From NCBI GenBank assembly GCA_035546615.1, contig DASZWM010000002.1, positions 15,460 to 79,459 on the forward strand: a stretch of 64,000 bases of DNA. Direction: 5' to 3'. The notes below the pieces were generated by a model. That model was not told where the DNA came from. It was given only the letters and a program-made list of their open reading frames with translations, and ran no database searches. The position numbers and the translations under genes were made by a program. Of the stretch, positions 47,084-55,523 are shown in pieces (within the stretch, counting starts at the first letter, position 1; each line of letters opens with the position of its first letter). Source of the DNA: Minisyncoccota bacterium. Lineage in GTDB: Bacteria > Patescibacteriota > Minisyncoccia > Phycocordibacterales > SBAW01.

Positions 47084-47611
47084 CTAGTAGGCCCCATACT
47101 GCGGATTGACCGGCGTTGCGGCCTGCCGTCCATAATGCGCGTGATAGAGGCAATACTGATTCCTTTTTCCTCCCGTATCCGCGCCGCAGTACAGCGCGGG
47201 GCTCGTTTCCGTCTGGTCGCGCACGATAGTGTGACACATCCCTTCCTCAACCTGCAGGAGCGTCACGTTGATGCTCTTCGGTTGCGGGATTTCCATGACG
47301 GCACGGGGCAGCGCAGCCTGCCGCGCGGCTTCCGGATGCAGCTTGGGCGGCTCGCGCCTTGCTTTTATCCGTAACCGCATGAGCGCGGCATTGTTTGTTG
47401 AGCCTGTTCGCGGTTTGCGCGGCCGGGCCTGGCTGGGTGCGGGCTTCGGCCGTCCGGAAAGGTTGAGACGGTGGATTTTTCCAATGACGGCATTCGCCGT
47501 AACTCCGCCCAGCTGGGCGGCTATCTGGCTTTTGGAAAATCCCTCGCTCCAGAGCTTTTTGAGCAATTCAATGCGCTCGTCCGTCCAGCCATGATTCTTG
47601 GTAGAACCCAT
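47084..47611 (-). CDS. gcrA: GcrA-family cell-cycle regulator-like protein
   Basis: WTDERIELLKKLWSEGFSKSQIAAQLGGVTANAVIGKIHRLNLSGR closely parallels the Caulobacter GcrA N-terminus. C-terminal C...YCG...YCLYH motif. AAGGAG RBS and own terminator. Confidence 0.8.
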   Translation of the reverse strand: MGSTKNHGWTDERIELLKKLWSEGFSKSQIAAQLGGVTANAVIGKIHRLNLSGRPKPAPSQARPRKPRTGSTNNAALMRLRIKARREPPKLHPEAARQAALPRAVMEIPQPKSINVTLLQVEEGMCHTIVRDQTETSPALYCGADTGGKRNQYCLYHAHYGRQAATPVNPQYGAY

Positions 47612-47664
47612 AGGCTTTTACTCCTTGTACTGATAGTGGAACAAATGTCCTGTCCTTACTATAA

Positions 47665-48525
47665 CTATGTCCGTACTATCTTGCCAAGACGCTCTTCTAC
47701 GAGCCCGCGGATCTGCAGCGATGAAAGCGCGATGTTCGCTTCCTGAGCGGAAAGCCCCGCGCGCTCAATAAGCTCGTCTTTTTCGAGTGCTTCGGCCAAT
47801 GCCTCGAGTATTTTCGCTTCGGCAGGCGTCAGATCGGACGGGAAGGAGGCTTCCGCAGCATCTTCGACTTTCAGTCCGAGCGCTTCAAGAATATCTTCGC
47901 TGTTGCGAACGAGCGTTGCGCCTTCGCGAATCAGCCGGTTGACGCCCGCGCCGCTCTCGCGCCCCAGCTCGTGCGGCACGGCGAGCACTTCGCGGTTGTA
48001 GTCAAGCGCGAGCCGCGCGGTAATAAGCGTGCCGGACTTTTCTCCCGCTTCTATTATGAGCGTGGCAAGCGCCATGCCGGCCCCGATGCGGTTTCGCTTG
48101 GCGAAATCGAACAGCTGGGGCCGGTAGGGGCCGGGATTCTCGCTTACGAGCGCGCCGCCCTTCTCAAGTATCCGCTGCGCCAGCCCGCGGTTGCTTGCGG
48201 GATATATAGAAGAGTCATCGCATGAGGAGGGGAGCACCGCTACGGTTGCCAGCCCGGCATCGAGCGCCGCCTTGTGCGCTTCGGCGTCTATGCCTAAAGC
48301 GAGGCCCGAGACTATCGCGACCGGATACCGCGCTAGCCCCGCGATAAGCGCTTGGCACATACGCCTTCCATATATAGACGTAGCGCGCGAGCCCACGACG
48401 CACAGGAGCTTGTACTCGGGCGGGGGAAGTTCGCCGCGTAGGTACAGCATTTTCGGCTTGTCCGGAATTTCCCTCAAAAGGTCGGAAAATCCGTCAGGCG
48501 GCAGTTGTCGGATAGGGAAAGCCAT
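47665..48525 (-). CDS. dprA: DNA processing protein DprA (Smf)
   Basis: VVGSRATSIYG, IVSGLALGIDAEAHKAAL, GTLITARLALDYNREV. Confidence 0.9.
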   Translation of the reverse strand: MAFPIRQLPPDGFSDLLREIPDKPKMLYLRGELPPPEYKLLCVVGSRATSIYGRRMCQALIAGLARYPVAIVSGLALGIDAEAHKAALDAGLATVAVLPSSCDDSSIYPASNRGLAQRILEKGGALVSENPGPYRPQLFDFAKRNRIGAGMALATLIIEAGEKSGTLITARLALDYNREVLAVPHELGRESGAGVNRLIREGATLVRNSEDILEALGLKVEDAAEASFPSDLTPAEAKILEALAEALEKDELIERAGLSAQEANIALSSLQIRGLVEERLGKIVRT

Positions 48526-48550
48526 TGTATTCTATGGATATTCTGAACAT

Positions 48551-49822
48551 ATGTTAGATATCACGTTCATCCGCGAGAATCTAGAGCTCGTGAAGGCCGG
48601 CGCCAAGAAGAAGCATATCGAGGTCGACCTCGACCGGCTCATGTCCGTGGACGAAAAGCGCCGCGCGCTCCTGGTGGAGATAGAGACCATGCGCGCCAAG
48701 CAGAACGAGGTGTCCGACATGGTGGTCAAGGCGAGCCCCGAGGAAAAAGAAAAGGCTATCGGCGAAATGCGGGTGCTCAAGGAGACGCTTCAGGGCAAAG
48801 AGAAGGAAATGGAGGAGGTGATGCATGAATGGCAGCTCCTTATGGTGGCGGTGCCGAACATTCCGGATTTGTCAGTGCCCGACGGCGACTCCGACGCGGA
48901 CAATAAAGAGGTGAAGGTGTGGGGCGGAAAGCCGCAGTTCGCTTTTACCCCGAAGAGCCACGTCGAATTGATGCAGGACCTCGAGATGGCGGACTTCGAG
49001 CGCGGCACCAAGGTCGCCGGATTCCGCGGCTACTTCCTCAAGGGCGACGGGGCGCTCTTATCTTTCGCTATCTGGCGCTACGCGCAGGATTTTTTCCTGA
49101 AAAAGGATTTTACGCCGATGATAGTGCCGAGTTTGGTAAAGCGCGTCGCATTTTTGGGCAGCGGGTACCTGCCCCAGGGCGAGGACGACCTGTATAAGAC
49201 GCAGGACGGCGATTTTTTGGCCGGCACCGCGGAAGTGGCGACGATGGGGTACTACATGAACGAAGTATTGCCGAAAGAAAAACTGCCGATGAAATTCCTT
49301 TCCTTCTCGCCGTGCTTCAGGCGCGAGGCGGGCGCGCACGGCAAGGACGTCAAAGGCCTTATCCGGGTACACGAATTCTTCAAATGGGAGCAGGTCATCG
49401 TGTGCGAGGGCACGCATGAGGAGTCGGTCAAATGGCACGAATGGGTGAATCGCAACACGGAAGAGTTCATCGAGTCGCTTGAGATCCCGTACCACACGGT
49501 GCTCAACTGTGGCGGTGACCTCGGGCTGGGCCAGGTAAAAAAGTATGACATCGAGCTGTGGGTGCCGGGCGAGAATACGTATCGCGAGATAAGCTCGGCC
49601 TCGTACTTCCATGACTTCCAGACCCGCCGTCTTAACATCCGCTATCGCGACGAGAACGGAAAGATGCAGTACTCGCATTCGCTTAATTCCACCGCCATTC
49701 CGACTCCGCGTATCCTCGTGTCTTTGATAGAGAATTACCAGCAGGAAGACGGCTCCATCCTCATCCCGAAAGCCCTGCAGCAGTACATGGGCAAGGAAAA
49801 AATAGAAAAAGCGAAAGCGTAA
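48551..49822 (+). CDS. serS: seryl-tRNA synthetase
   Basis: MLDITFIRENLELVK, a coiled-coil arm, class II motifs (FRREAGAHGKD, GLIRVHEF, TAIPTPRILV). Start is the internal ATG of ORF 48191..49822. Confidence 0.95.
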   Translation: MLDITFIRENLELVKAGAKKKHIEVDLDRLMSVDEKRRALLVEIETMRAKQNEVSDMVVKASPEEKEKAIGEMRVLKETLQGKEKEMEEVMHEWQLLMVAVPNIPDLSVPDGDSDADNKEVKVWGGKPQFAFTPKSHVELMQDLEMADFERGTKVAGFRGYFLKGDGALLSFAIWRYAQDFFLKKDFTPMIVPSLVKRVAFLGSGYLPQGEDDLYKTQDGDFLAGTAEVATMGYYMNEVLPKEKLPMKFLSFSPCFRREAGAHGKDVKGLIRVHEFFKWEQVIVCEGTHEESVKWHEWVNRNTEEFIESLEIPYHTVLNCGGDLGLGQVKKYDIELWVPGENTYREISSASYFHDFQTRRLNIRYRDENGKMQYSHSLNSTAIPTPRILVSLIENYQQEDGSILIPKALQQYMGKEKIEKAKA

Positions 49823-49824
49823 GT

Positions 49825-50664
49825 ATGGCACGCGTGCAACTGCCGGTCTCCAAGCTCAAGGCGCGCAAGCGCCGCAGGCGCGTGCTTGCGCTGGTGTTCG
49901 CGCTTGCGGGCGCCCTCGCGCTTGCGGCAGGCGCGATAGCGCTTACATGGGCGCCGTTCCTGCGCATCCAGAAGCTTGAGGTAGCAGGAGTGTCGTCGGT
50001 AAATAAAGAGCTGGTGGAGGAGCAGATCCGCAAAAGCCTCAGCGGCGCGTATTGGGGCGTATTTCCGCGCGACAATATCTTTTTGTATTCCAAAGCCGAG
50101 ATGCGCGCGCGGCTGCTTTCGCAGTTTCCGGTGTTCGCAAGCGCGAGCCTTTCTTCCGAGGGCTTCGACGGCCTGCGCGTAGACCTGGTCGAGCGCAAGC
50201 CGGCGGCGCTTTGGTGCGGCGAGGGGCCGGAGCTTTCAGGCTCATGCCTTACGCTCGACGAAAGCGGCGCGGCGTATACCCTCGCGGCGGATTTCTCCGG
50301 CTCGGTATATGCGCGGTACACCGGAGCGCTTCCGCAAGGGCCTTTGCCGCGGCAGTTCCTGGCGCCCGAGCAGTTCCGCGGCCTTGCAGCCTTCGTGAGC
50401 GAGCTGTCGGGCAAGCTTTCAAGCACGTCGATAAGCGTCGTCGCTGTCGGCGGGGACGGCGACGTGCAGGTGGTGTGCGAGAACGGCTTCAGGCTGGTGT
50501 TCTCGCTGGATGATAACGGCGCCGATGTGCTTGAGCGCTTCGCGCTGGCGCTGACCGCGGGGCCGTTCGCAACCCACAAGCTTTCGGACTTTGAATATCT
50601 CGACCTTCGCTTTGGCGACAAGCTGTACTACAAGCTGAAAGGGGAGGAAAAAGCGGAAGAATAA
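49825..50664 (+). CDS. FtsQ/DivIB-like cell division protein (POTRA domain)
   Basis: N-terminal TM helix, then LRIQKLEVAGVSSV...VDLVERKPAALW, a POTRA pattern. Confidence 0.7.
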   Translation: MARVQLPVSKLKARKRRRRVLALVFALAGALALAAGAIALTWAPFLRIQKLEVAGVSSVNKELVEEQIRKSLSGAYWGVFPRDNIFLYSKAEMRARLLSQFPVFASASLSSEGFDGLRVDLVERKPAALWCGEGPELSGSCLTLDESGAAYTLAADFSGSVYARYTGALPQGPLPRQFLAPEQFRGLAAFVSELSGKLSSTSISVVAVGGDGDVQVVCENGFRLVFSLDDNGADVLERFALALTAGPFATHKLSDFEYLDLRFGDKLYYKLKGEEKAEE

Positions 50665-50668
50665 AAGA

Positions 50669-50700
50669 GGGCGCGCCGTACGGCGCGCCCCGCTTCGTTT
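50669..50700 (+). terminator. terminator after the ftsQ-like gene
   Basis: GGGCGCGCCG ta CGGCGCGCCC followed by CGCTTCGTTTT. Confidence 0.6.
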
Positions 50701-50946
50701 TCATCGCCCGGTGAGATTTCCCCACCAGTCGTCTATTCGCTTCAGCAGCCGCCGGAGTTTGCCCGGCTCCTTCTGCTTTTGCTGCATGGGCTCTTCGGGA
50801 TCCTCGGGTTCAGGCTTCATGACCTCAAGGCAGCTTGCCTCCCAATCATAGTGAATGCCCTGCTTTCCGGGCGGGATTTGCTTTAAAGCCCGTTCTGCCG
50901 GGGAATCACCCGGGTTGATCGGACCCAGTCCTATTCTGGCTGTCAC
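50701..50946 (-). CDS. hypothetical protein (81 aa, Pro/Glu-rich)
   Basis: ORF only. No family recognised. Confidence 0.3.
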   Translation of the reverse strand: MTARIGLGPINPGDSPAERALKQIPPGKQGIHYDWEASCLEVMKPEPEDPEEPMQQKQKEPGKLRRLLKRIDDWWGNLTGR

Positions 50947-51007
50947 GTCGATTGCTCCTCGTACTGGTTCAGTTGACTATTACACCGCCGCTCGGTAGCC
51001 TTGTCAA

Positions 51008-51985
51008 ATGAAGTCAAAAGAAAGCTTCTGGAACGGCCTTCCCAAGCCCTTGTTCGTGCTCGCGCCTTTGGCGAACGTCACCGACGCGGCGTTCCGGCGC
51101 ATAATCGCCAAGTACAGCAAGCCGGCGGGGCCGCACGTGTTCTGGACTGAATTCGTCTCGGCGGACGGGCTTGTCCTCGCCAATGAGGAAGGGAAGGCAA
51201 AGCTCATGCGCGACCTTATATATACGGAAGCGGAGCGGCCCATAGTGGCGCAGTTCTTCACCTCGACTCCGGCGCATATGGAGAAAGCCGCCGCGCTTGC
51301 GGCCGAGCTTGGCTTCGACGGCATCGATATAAACATGGGATGCCCCGACAAAAGCATTGAGAAGCAGGGTGCGGGGGCGAAGCTCATTCAGACCCCTGAA
51401 GTTGCGCAAGAACTCATTGCCGCGGCAAAGCGCGGGGCGCCGAATCTGCCCGTTTCGGTCAAAACGCGGCTCGGCTACAACAAGGATATTCTTGAAGAAT
51501 GGCTGCCTAAGCTGCTTGCCGCTGAACCGGCTGCCCTGACCTTGCACGCGCGCACGCGCAAGGAGATGTCGGCCGTGCCCGCGCATTGGGACAGAGTGAA
51601 GCGCGCGGTTGAGATCCGCAACGAGCTCGGAAGCAAAACTCTCATCATCGGCAACGGCGATGCGATGGACCTCGAAGATGCTAAAAAGAAGGCGGAAGAG
51701 TCGGGAGCTGACGGTGTTATGCTCGGCCGCGCCATTTTCGGCAAGCCGTGGCTCTTCAGCGGGGCCGAGGCACCCGCGCTTACGGAGCGGCTGCGCATCG
51801 CGGTGGAGCACAGCAAGCTCTTTGAGGAGCTTTTGGGCGATATCAAGAATTTTGCCATCATGAAAAAGCACTTCAAAGCATATGCCGAAGGGTTTCCGGG
51901 CGCGAAGGAGCTTCGCATGGAGCTGATGGAGACGAAAAGCGCCGCGGAGATAGAAAAGGTGGTTGAATACTTTCTCGCATCCTGA
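51008..51985 (+). CDS. tRNA-dihydrouridine synthase
   Basis: LAPLANVTDAAFRR, GFDGIDINMGCP (catalytic Cys), VSVKTRLG. Confidence 0.9.
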   Translation: MKSKESFWNGLPKPLFVLAPLANVTDAAFRRIIAKYSKPAGPHVFWTEFVSADGLVLANEEGKAKLMRDLIYTEAERPIVAQFFTSTPAHMEKAAALAAELGFDGIDINMGCPDKSIEKQGAGAKLIQTPEVAQELIAAAKRGAPNLPVSVKTRLGYNKDILEEWLPKLLAAEPAALTLHARTRKEMSAVPAHWDRVKRAVEIRNELGSKTLIIGNGDAMDLEDAKKKAEESGADGVMLGRAIFGKPWLFSGAEAPALTERLRIAVEHSKLFEELLGDIKNFAIMKKHFKAYAEGFPGAKELRMELMETKSAAEIEKVVEYFLAS

Positions 51986-52020
51986 TATAAAAACTGTAGG
52001 CAGTAGGCAGGGAGGCTTCA

Positions 52021-52335
52021 GTGAAGCAGGGACAGAAAAAGCCAATCACTACGGGTAGTCTGCTCCGGGCTGCCCGGGAGCTAAAGGCGGAGGGCCAAAA
52101 GGTCACGTATTCGAGTTTGGGAAAAAAGACTGGCCAACACGGCCATTCGATCAAACGTTTTTTAGATCGAGTGCCGTGGATAATTGCTGAACTCGAAATA
52201 GTACGGGTAGCAAAGGGATATGCTCCCCAAGAACCTGACCGGCTCAGACGGCTTATCTTGACGTTTCCTGAGGATGGAGCGTTCGGCTGGCTCGCCCAAA
52301 GGATCGGGCCTCGTATCTTTCAGGAAAGCTTGTGA
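52021..52335 (+). CDS. hypothetical protein (GTG start)
   Basis: 104-aa ORF. No family recognised. Confidence 0.3.
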   Translation: MKQGQKKPITTGSLLRAARELKAEGQKVTYSSLGKKTGQHGHSIKRFLDRVPWIIAELEIVRVAKGYAPQEPDRLRRLILTFPEDGAFGWLAQRIGPRIFQESL

Positions 52336-52415
52336 GTCCGCCCGCAGCCACGACCGATGGTAGGAATACTATCGGTCGTTTTCGTTCCTCTTAATTAGTA
52401 GCGTATACTAAGGCC

Positions 52416-52727
52416 ATGAACGAGCTGGTGCATGCCGATATCTTCTTTTTTATAACGTCCGTTGCTGTCATAGCACTGTCGGCCGCCATGCTCGTCCTCC
52501 TCTTGTATCTTATTCCGGCCGCACGCGATCTGCGGTCGATTACGGCCAAAGTGCGGAAGGCCGGCGACGAGATGGAGAAGGATTTCGAGGACCTTCGCGC
52601 GAATCTGCGGGCGGAAGGTAGCAAGGGAAAGATGCTGGTAGATATCGTGCTCGGCTGGGCGGGCCACGTACTCAAGGCGCCCGCCGCGCGTCGGGCAAAG
52701 AAACAGCCGCCTTCATCCGAAGTTTAG
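52416..52727 (+). CDS. small membrane protein (DUF948-like)
   Basis: N-terminal TM helix followed by a charged helical region. Confidence 0.45.
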   Translation: MNELVHADIFFFITSVAVIALSAAMLVLLLYLIPAARDLRSITAKVRKAGDEMEKDFEDLRANLRAEGSKGKMLVDIVLGWAGHVLKAPAARRAKKQPPSSEV

Positions 52728-52784
52728 GTTAGGGCTGTATTGTGAAGAAGAGCGGAAATATTCATTAACCTAATTACTGTTACT

Positions 52785-53192
52785 ATGGCAAAGAAAAATT
52801 CTGGAATGGGCATGTCAGTGGGCGTCGGGGCGGGGCTCGCTGCGGCTGCTACGGCTGGAGCGGCGGCGTACTGGCTCTACGGCTCCAAGCACTCGGCACA
52901 GCACCGCAAATTGGCCAAGAGCTGGATGCTCAAGGCGCGCGCCGAGGTAATGGAGGCGATAGAGAAGATACAGGACATAGACAAGGAGCAGTACATGGCT
53001 GCGGTCAACGGCGTGCTCAAGAACTACGCGGGCGCAAGCTCAACCGAGATGGCGGCCATGATGCGCGATTTCAAGACCGCATGGACCCACATGCAGGCCG
53101 CGCAGAAGAGCGGCAGCAAGGGCGCAAAGAGCGCCAAGCGCACCGGCAAGAAGATGGTGAAAAGCGCTCGTAAAATGGTCCGCGGAAAGTAA
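52785..53192 (+). CDS. YtxH-like small membrane-associated protein
   Basis: Gly/Ala-rich N-terminal helix and a Lys-rich C-terminal tail. Confidence 0.45.
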   Translation: MAKKNSGMGMSVGVGAGLAAAATAGAAAYWLYGSKHSAQHRKLAKSWMLKARAEVMEAIEKIQDIDKEQYMAAVNGVLKNYAGASSTEMAAMMRDFKTAWTHMQAAQKSGSKGAKSAKRTGKKMVKSARKMVRGK

Positions 53193-53211
53193 TACTTTAA
53201 TCAGCAAGCAA

Positions 53212-53246
53212 AAGGTCGTCGAGGAAGGTTCCCGGCGGCCTTTTGT
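53212..53246 (+). terminator. rho-independent terminator
   Basis: AAGGTCGTCG aggaaggttcc CGGCGGCCTT (two G-U pairs) followed by TTGTT. Confidence 0.5.
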
Positions 53247-53260
53247 TATATACTGGCTTC

Positions 53261-54319
53261 ATGGCAAAGGGCTCCAAGGAAGAAATCGCTGCGCCTATGG
53301 CGCTGTATCGCAAATACCGGCCTTCCGGCTTTGCGGAAGTGCGCGGGCAGGAAGAGGTCGTTTCGGTCCTTGAGGCCGCTATAAAGAAGAACGAAATCGC
53401 GCACGCCTACCTTTTCTCCGGCGGGCGCGGCACCGGCAAGACCTCGATGGCGCGCATTTTGGCCCGCGCGGTCGGGACCAGCGAGCAGGATATCTACGAG
53501 ATGGACGCCGCATCCAACCGCGGTATCGACGAGATACGCGAGCTTCGCGAAGGTGTCTCGACGATGCCGTTCGATTCCAAATACAAGTTCTATATCATCG
53601 ACGAGGCTCACGCGCTCACCAAAGACGCCTGGGGAGCGTTTCTCAAGACCCTTGAGGAGCCGCCGGCGCACGCGATATTCGTGCTTGCGACGACCGAGCT
53701 CGACCGCGTGCCCGAAACCATCCAGTCGCGCTGCCAGGTGTTCCGTTTCAAGAAGCCCAGCCACGAAACGCTTAAGAAGCTCGTCCTCGATGTAGCCAAG
53801 AAAGAAGGCGTCGCGCTTGCGCCCGCAGGTGCGGAGCTTGTCGCTTTGGTAGGGGAAGGCTCGTTCCGCGACACACTCGGCACGCTCCAGAAGGCGCTTA
53901 CGATTTCGGAAGACAAGAAACTGACGGAAGAGGAGATAGCGAAGGTAATTGGTGCGCCATCGGCCGGGCTGGTAAATAATTTTATCTCGGCGCTTGCCCA
54001 GAAAAATATAGACGACGCGCTTGCCGCCTTCTCGGCCGCGGTAAAAAACGGCTCGGAGCCGCAGATATTCATCTTGCTCGCCGTTGCGAAAGTGCGCGGG
54101 ATATTGCTCCTGCGCTTTGCCCCCAAAATGCGCGGAGAGCTTGCCGAGCAGTTCGGCGAGGACGATATGAAGCTGCTTGAGTCGCTCGCAAAGGGCGAGG
54201 GCGCAAGCATTAACTCCCAAACCCTGGCAGAATTCCTGACCGCGCTCATTGAAACTCCGCGCGCTCCGCTTCCGACTATTCCGCTGGAGCTTGCTCTGTA
54301 CCGCCTCTTCCAACAATAG
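53261..54319 (+). CDS. dnaX: DNA polymerase III subunit gamma/tau (short form)
   Basis: YRKYRPSGFAEVRGQE, GGRGTGKTS, IIDEAHALT, SRCQVFRF. Start placed at the ATG after the terminator. Confidence 0.9.
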   Translation: MAKGSKEEIAAPMALYRKYRPSGFAEVRGQEEVVSVLEAAIKKNEIAHAYLFSGGRGTGKTSMARILARAVGTSEQDIYEMDAASNRGIDEIRELREGVSTMPFDSKYKFYIIDEAHALTKDAWGAFLKTLEEPPAHAIFVLATTELDRVPETIQSRCQVFRFKKPSHETLKKLVLDVAKKEGVALAPAGAELVALVGEGSFRDTLGTLQKALTISEDKKLTEEEIAKVIGAPSAGLVNNFISALAQKNIDDALAAFSAAVKNGSEPQIFILLAVAKVRGILLLRFAPKMRGELAEQFGEDDMKLLESLAKGEGASINSQTLAEFLTALIETPRAPLPTIPLELALYRLFQQ

Positions 54320-54321
54320 AT

Positions 54322-54987
54322 ATGGAATTTATACAGTCATCGAATCCGAGCGAGGGCGCCCAGGCTATGGCGCAGAAGATAGTTGAATCTTTGCGGAAGG
54401 GAAAAGTGCTGTGGCTGATATGCGGCGGCTCGAACGTGCCGCTTTCGGCGGAGGCCATGGATGCCGTACGCGCCGCAGTTTCTGCGGATGAATTGCGGAA
54501 CCTAACGGTCGGCATGACGGATGAGCGGTACGGGCCGCTTGGGCACGCCGACTCCAACTGGAAGCAGCTTGAGGATGTTGGGTTCAATATAGAAGGAGTC
54601 ACGGCTATTCCGGTACTTACGGGAAAGCCGCTTGAAGAGACTGTTTCGGAATATGCTCAGAAGCTCGAAGATGCGCTGCAAGAAGAACCGCTTGTTATCG
54701 CGCAATTCGGCATCGGCGCGGACGGGCATATCGCGGGCATGCTTCCGCACAGCCCCGCGGTCTCAAGCACGGACACTATATACGCATACGAAGCCGCGCC
54801 ATTCACGCGCATTACAATAACCCAGCCGGTATTCAAGAAAATATCCGTCGCGTATGCGATAGTATTCGGCGAGTCCAAAAAAGCCGCCATCGACCGCCTC
54901 AAGAACGAGGACCTTCCGGTTGAGGAAATGCCCTGCCAGTTGCTTAAGCAAATCCCCGAAGCGTATTTTTATACCGACCAGCTTTAA
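54322..54987 (+). CDS. 6-phosphogluconolactonase / glucosamine-6-P isomerase family protein
   Basis: VLWLICGGSNVP, MTDERY, FGIGADGHIAGMLP. Confidence 0.8.
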   Translation: MEFIQSSNPSEGAQAMAQKIVESLRKGKVLWLICGGSNVPLSAEAMDAVRAAVSADELRNLTVGMTDERYGPLGHADSNWKQLEDVGFNIEGVTAIPVLTGKPLEETVSEYAQKLEDALQEEPLVIAQFGIGADGHIAGMLPHSPAVSSTDTIYAYEAAPFTRITITQPVFKKISVAYAIVFGESKKAAIDRLKNEDLPVEEMPCQLLKQIPEAYFYTDQL

Positions 54988-54992
54988 GAAAA

Positions 54993-55015
54993 ACATCCTT
55001 ACAAACTTGAGAATG
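54993..55015. repeat. left copy of the 23-bp inverted repeat bracketing the ArsR-family gene (also part of a terminator hairpin)
   Basis: ACATCCTTACAAACTTGAGAATG. Its first 9 nt pair with 55016-55024 (TAAGGATGT), flanked by AAA/TTTTT. Confidence 0.7.
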
Positions 55016-55026
55016 TAAGGATGTTT

Positions 55027-55311
55027 TTAGAGATTCTGGAAGGATTTTAGGAAGCGGACGAATATCTTACCGTAGGGCGAAAGCCGGTGCTCCACGAACT
55101 TGCCGCGATACTTTTTTGCGATAAGGCCGGCCACATAGAGCCGCCTGGTGTGCTCGCCGATGGTCTTCTCGTTCGCATTAAGGGTCGCCGCAATAGTATC
55201 GAGCGTAACGCCCTCGTGCCGGGCGATAAGAAGCAGTATCTCGATGCGGTAATGATTTGCCATGCCCTTGAGATGGCGTTCCATCTGCTTTGCCGTCTTC
55301 GTATTTTTCAT
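55027..55311 (-). CDS. ArsR/SmtB-family winged-helix transcriptional regulator
   Basis: LKGMANHYRIEILLLIARHEGVTLDTIAATLNANEKTIGEHTRRLYVAGLI. An alternative GTG start lies at 55332. Confidence 0.75.
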   Translation of the reverse strand: MKNTKTAKQMERHLKGMANHYRIEILLLIARHEGVTLDTIAATLNANEKTIGEHTRRLYVAGLIAKKYRGKFVEHRLSPYGKIFVRFLKSFQNL

Positions 55312-55337
55312 GCGGGAGAGTATACATGACACCCCAA

Positions 55338-55360
55338 CATTCTCAAGTTTGTAAGGATGT
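55338..55360. promoter_or_regulatory. right copy of the 23-bp inverted repeat, in the ArsR-family gene promoter region (candidate operator)
   Basis: CATTCTCAAGTTTGTAAGGATGT is the exact reverse complement of 54993-55015. Confidence 0.5.
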
Positions 55361-55431
55361 GTGGAAAGGGAAGAGGCGGGGCTGGAAGCGTTTTGTGAAG
55401 GAGCCTTAAATTTGCTATCCTCAGATTGTAT

Positions 55432-55502
55432 TGCCCGATCGTCTAATGGTAGGACAGAGGCCTTTGAAGCCTTTAATTGGGGTTCGAATCCCTGTCGGGC
55501 AG
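55432..55502 (+). tRNA. tRNA-Gln (anticodon TTG)
   Basis: TGCCCGA/TCGGGCA acceptor (U1-A72), anticodon loop CTTTGAA, T arm TGGGG TTCGAAT CCCTG. Confidence 0.9.
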
Positions 55503-55523
55503 CAAATGTAGCGAAGCGTAATT

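Noticed and set aside
48191-48550. A 120-codon N-terminal extension of the serS ORF. The same pattern applies to the extensions of ORFs 15038, 20595, 33924, 37098, 58290 and 59219.
   Set aside because: The extensions overlap the convergent or adjacent gene (dprA, a tRNA, and so on). They precede an internal ATG where the recognisable protein family sequence begins.
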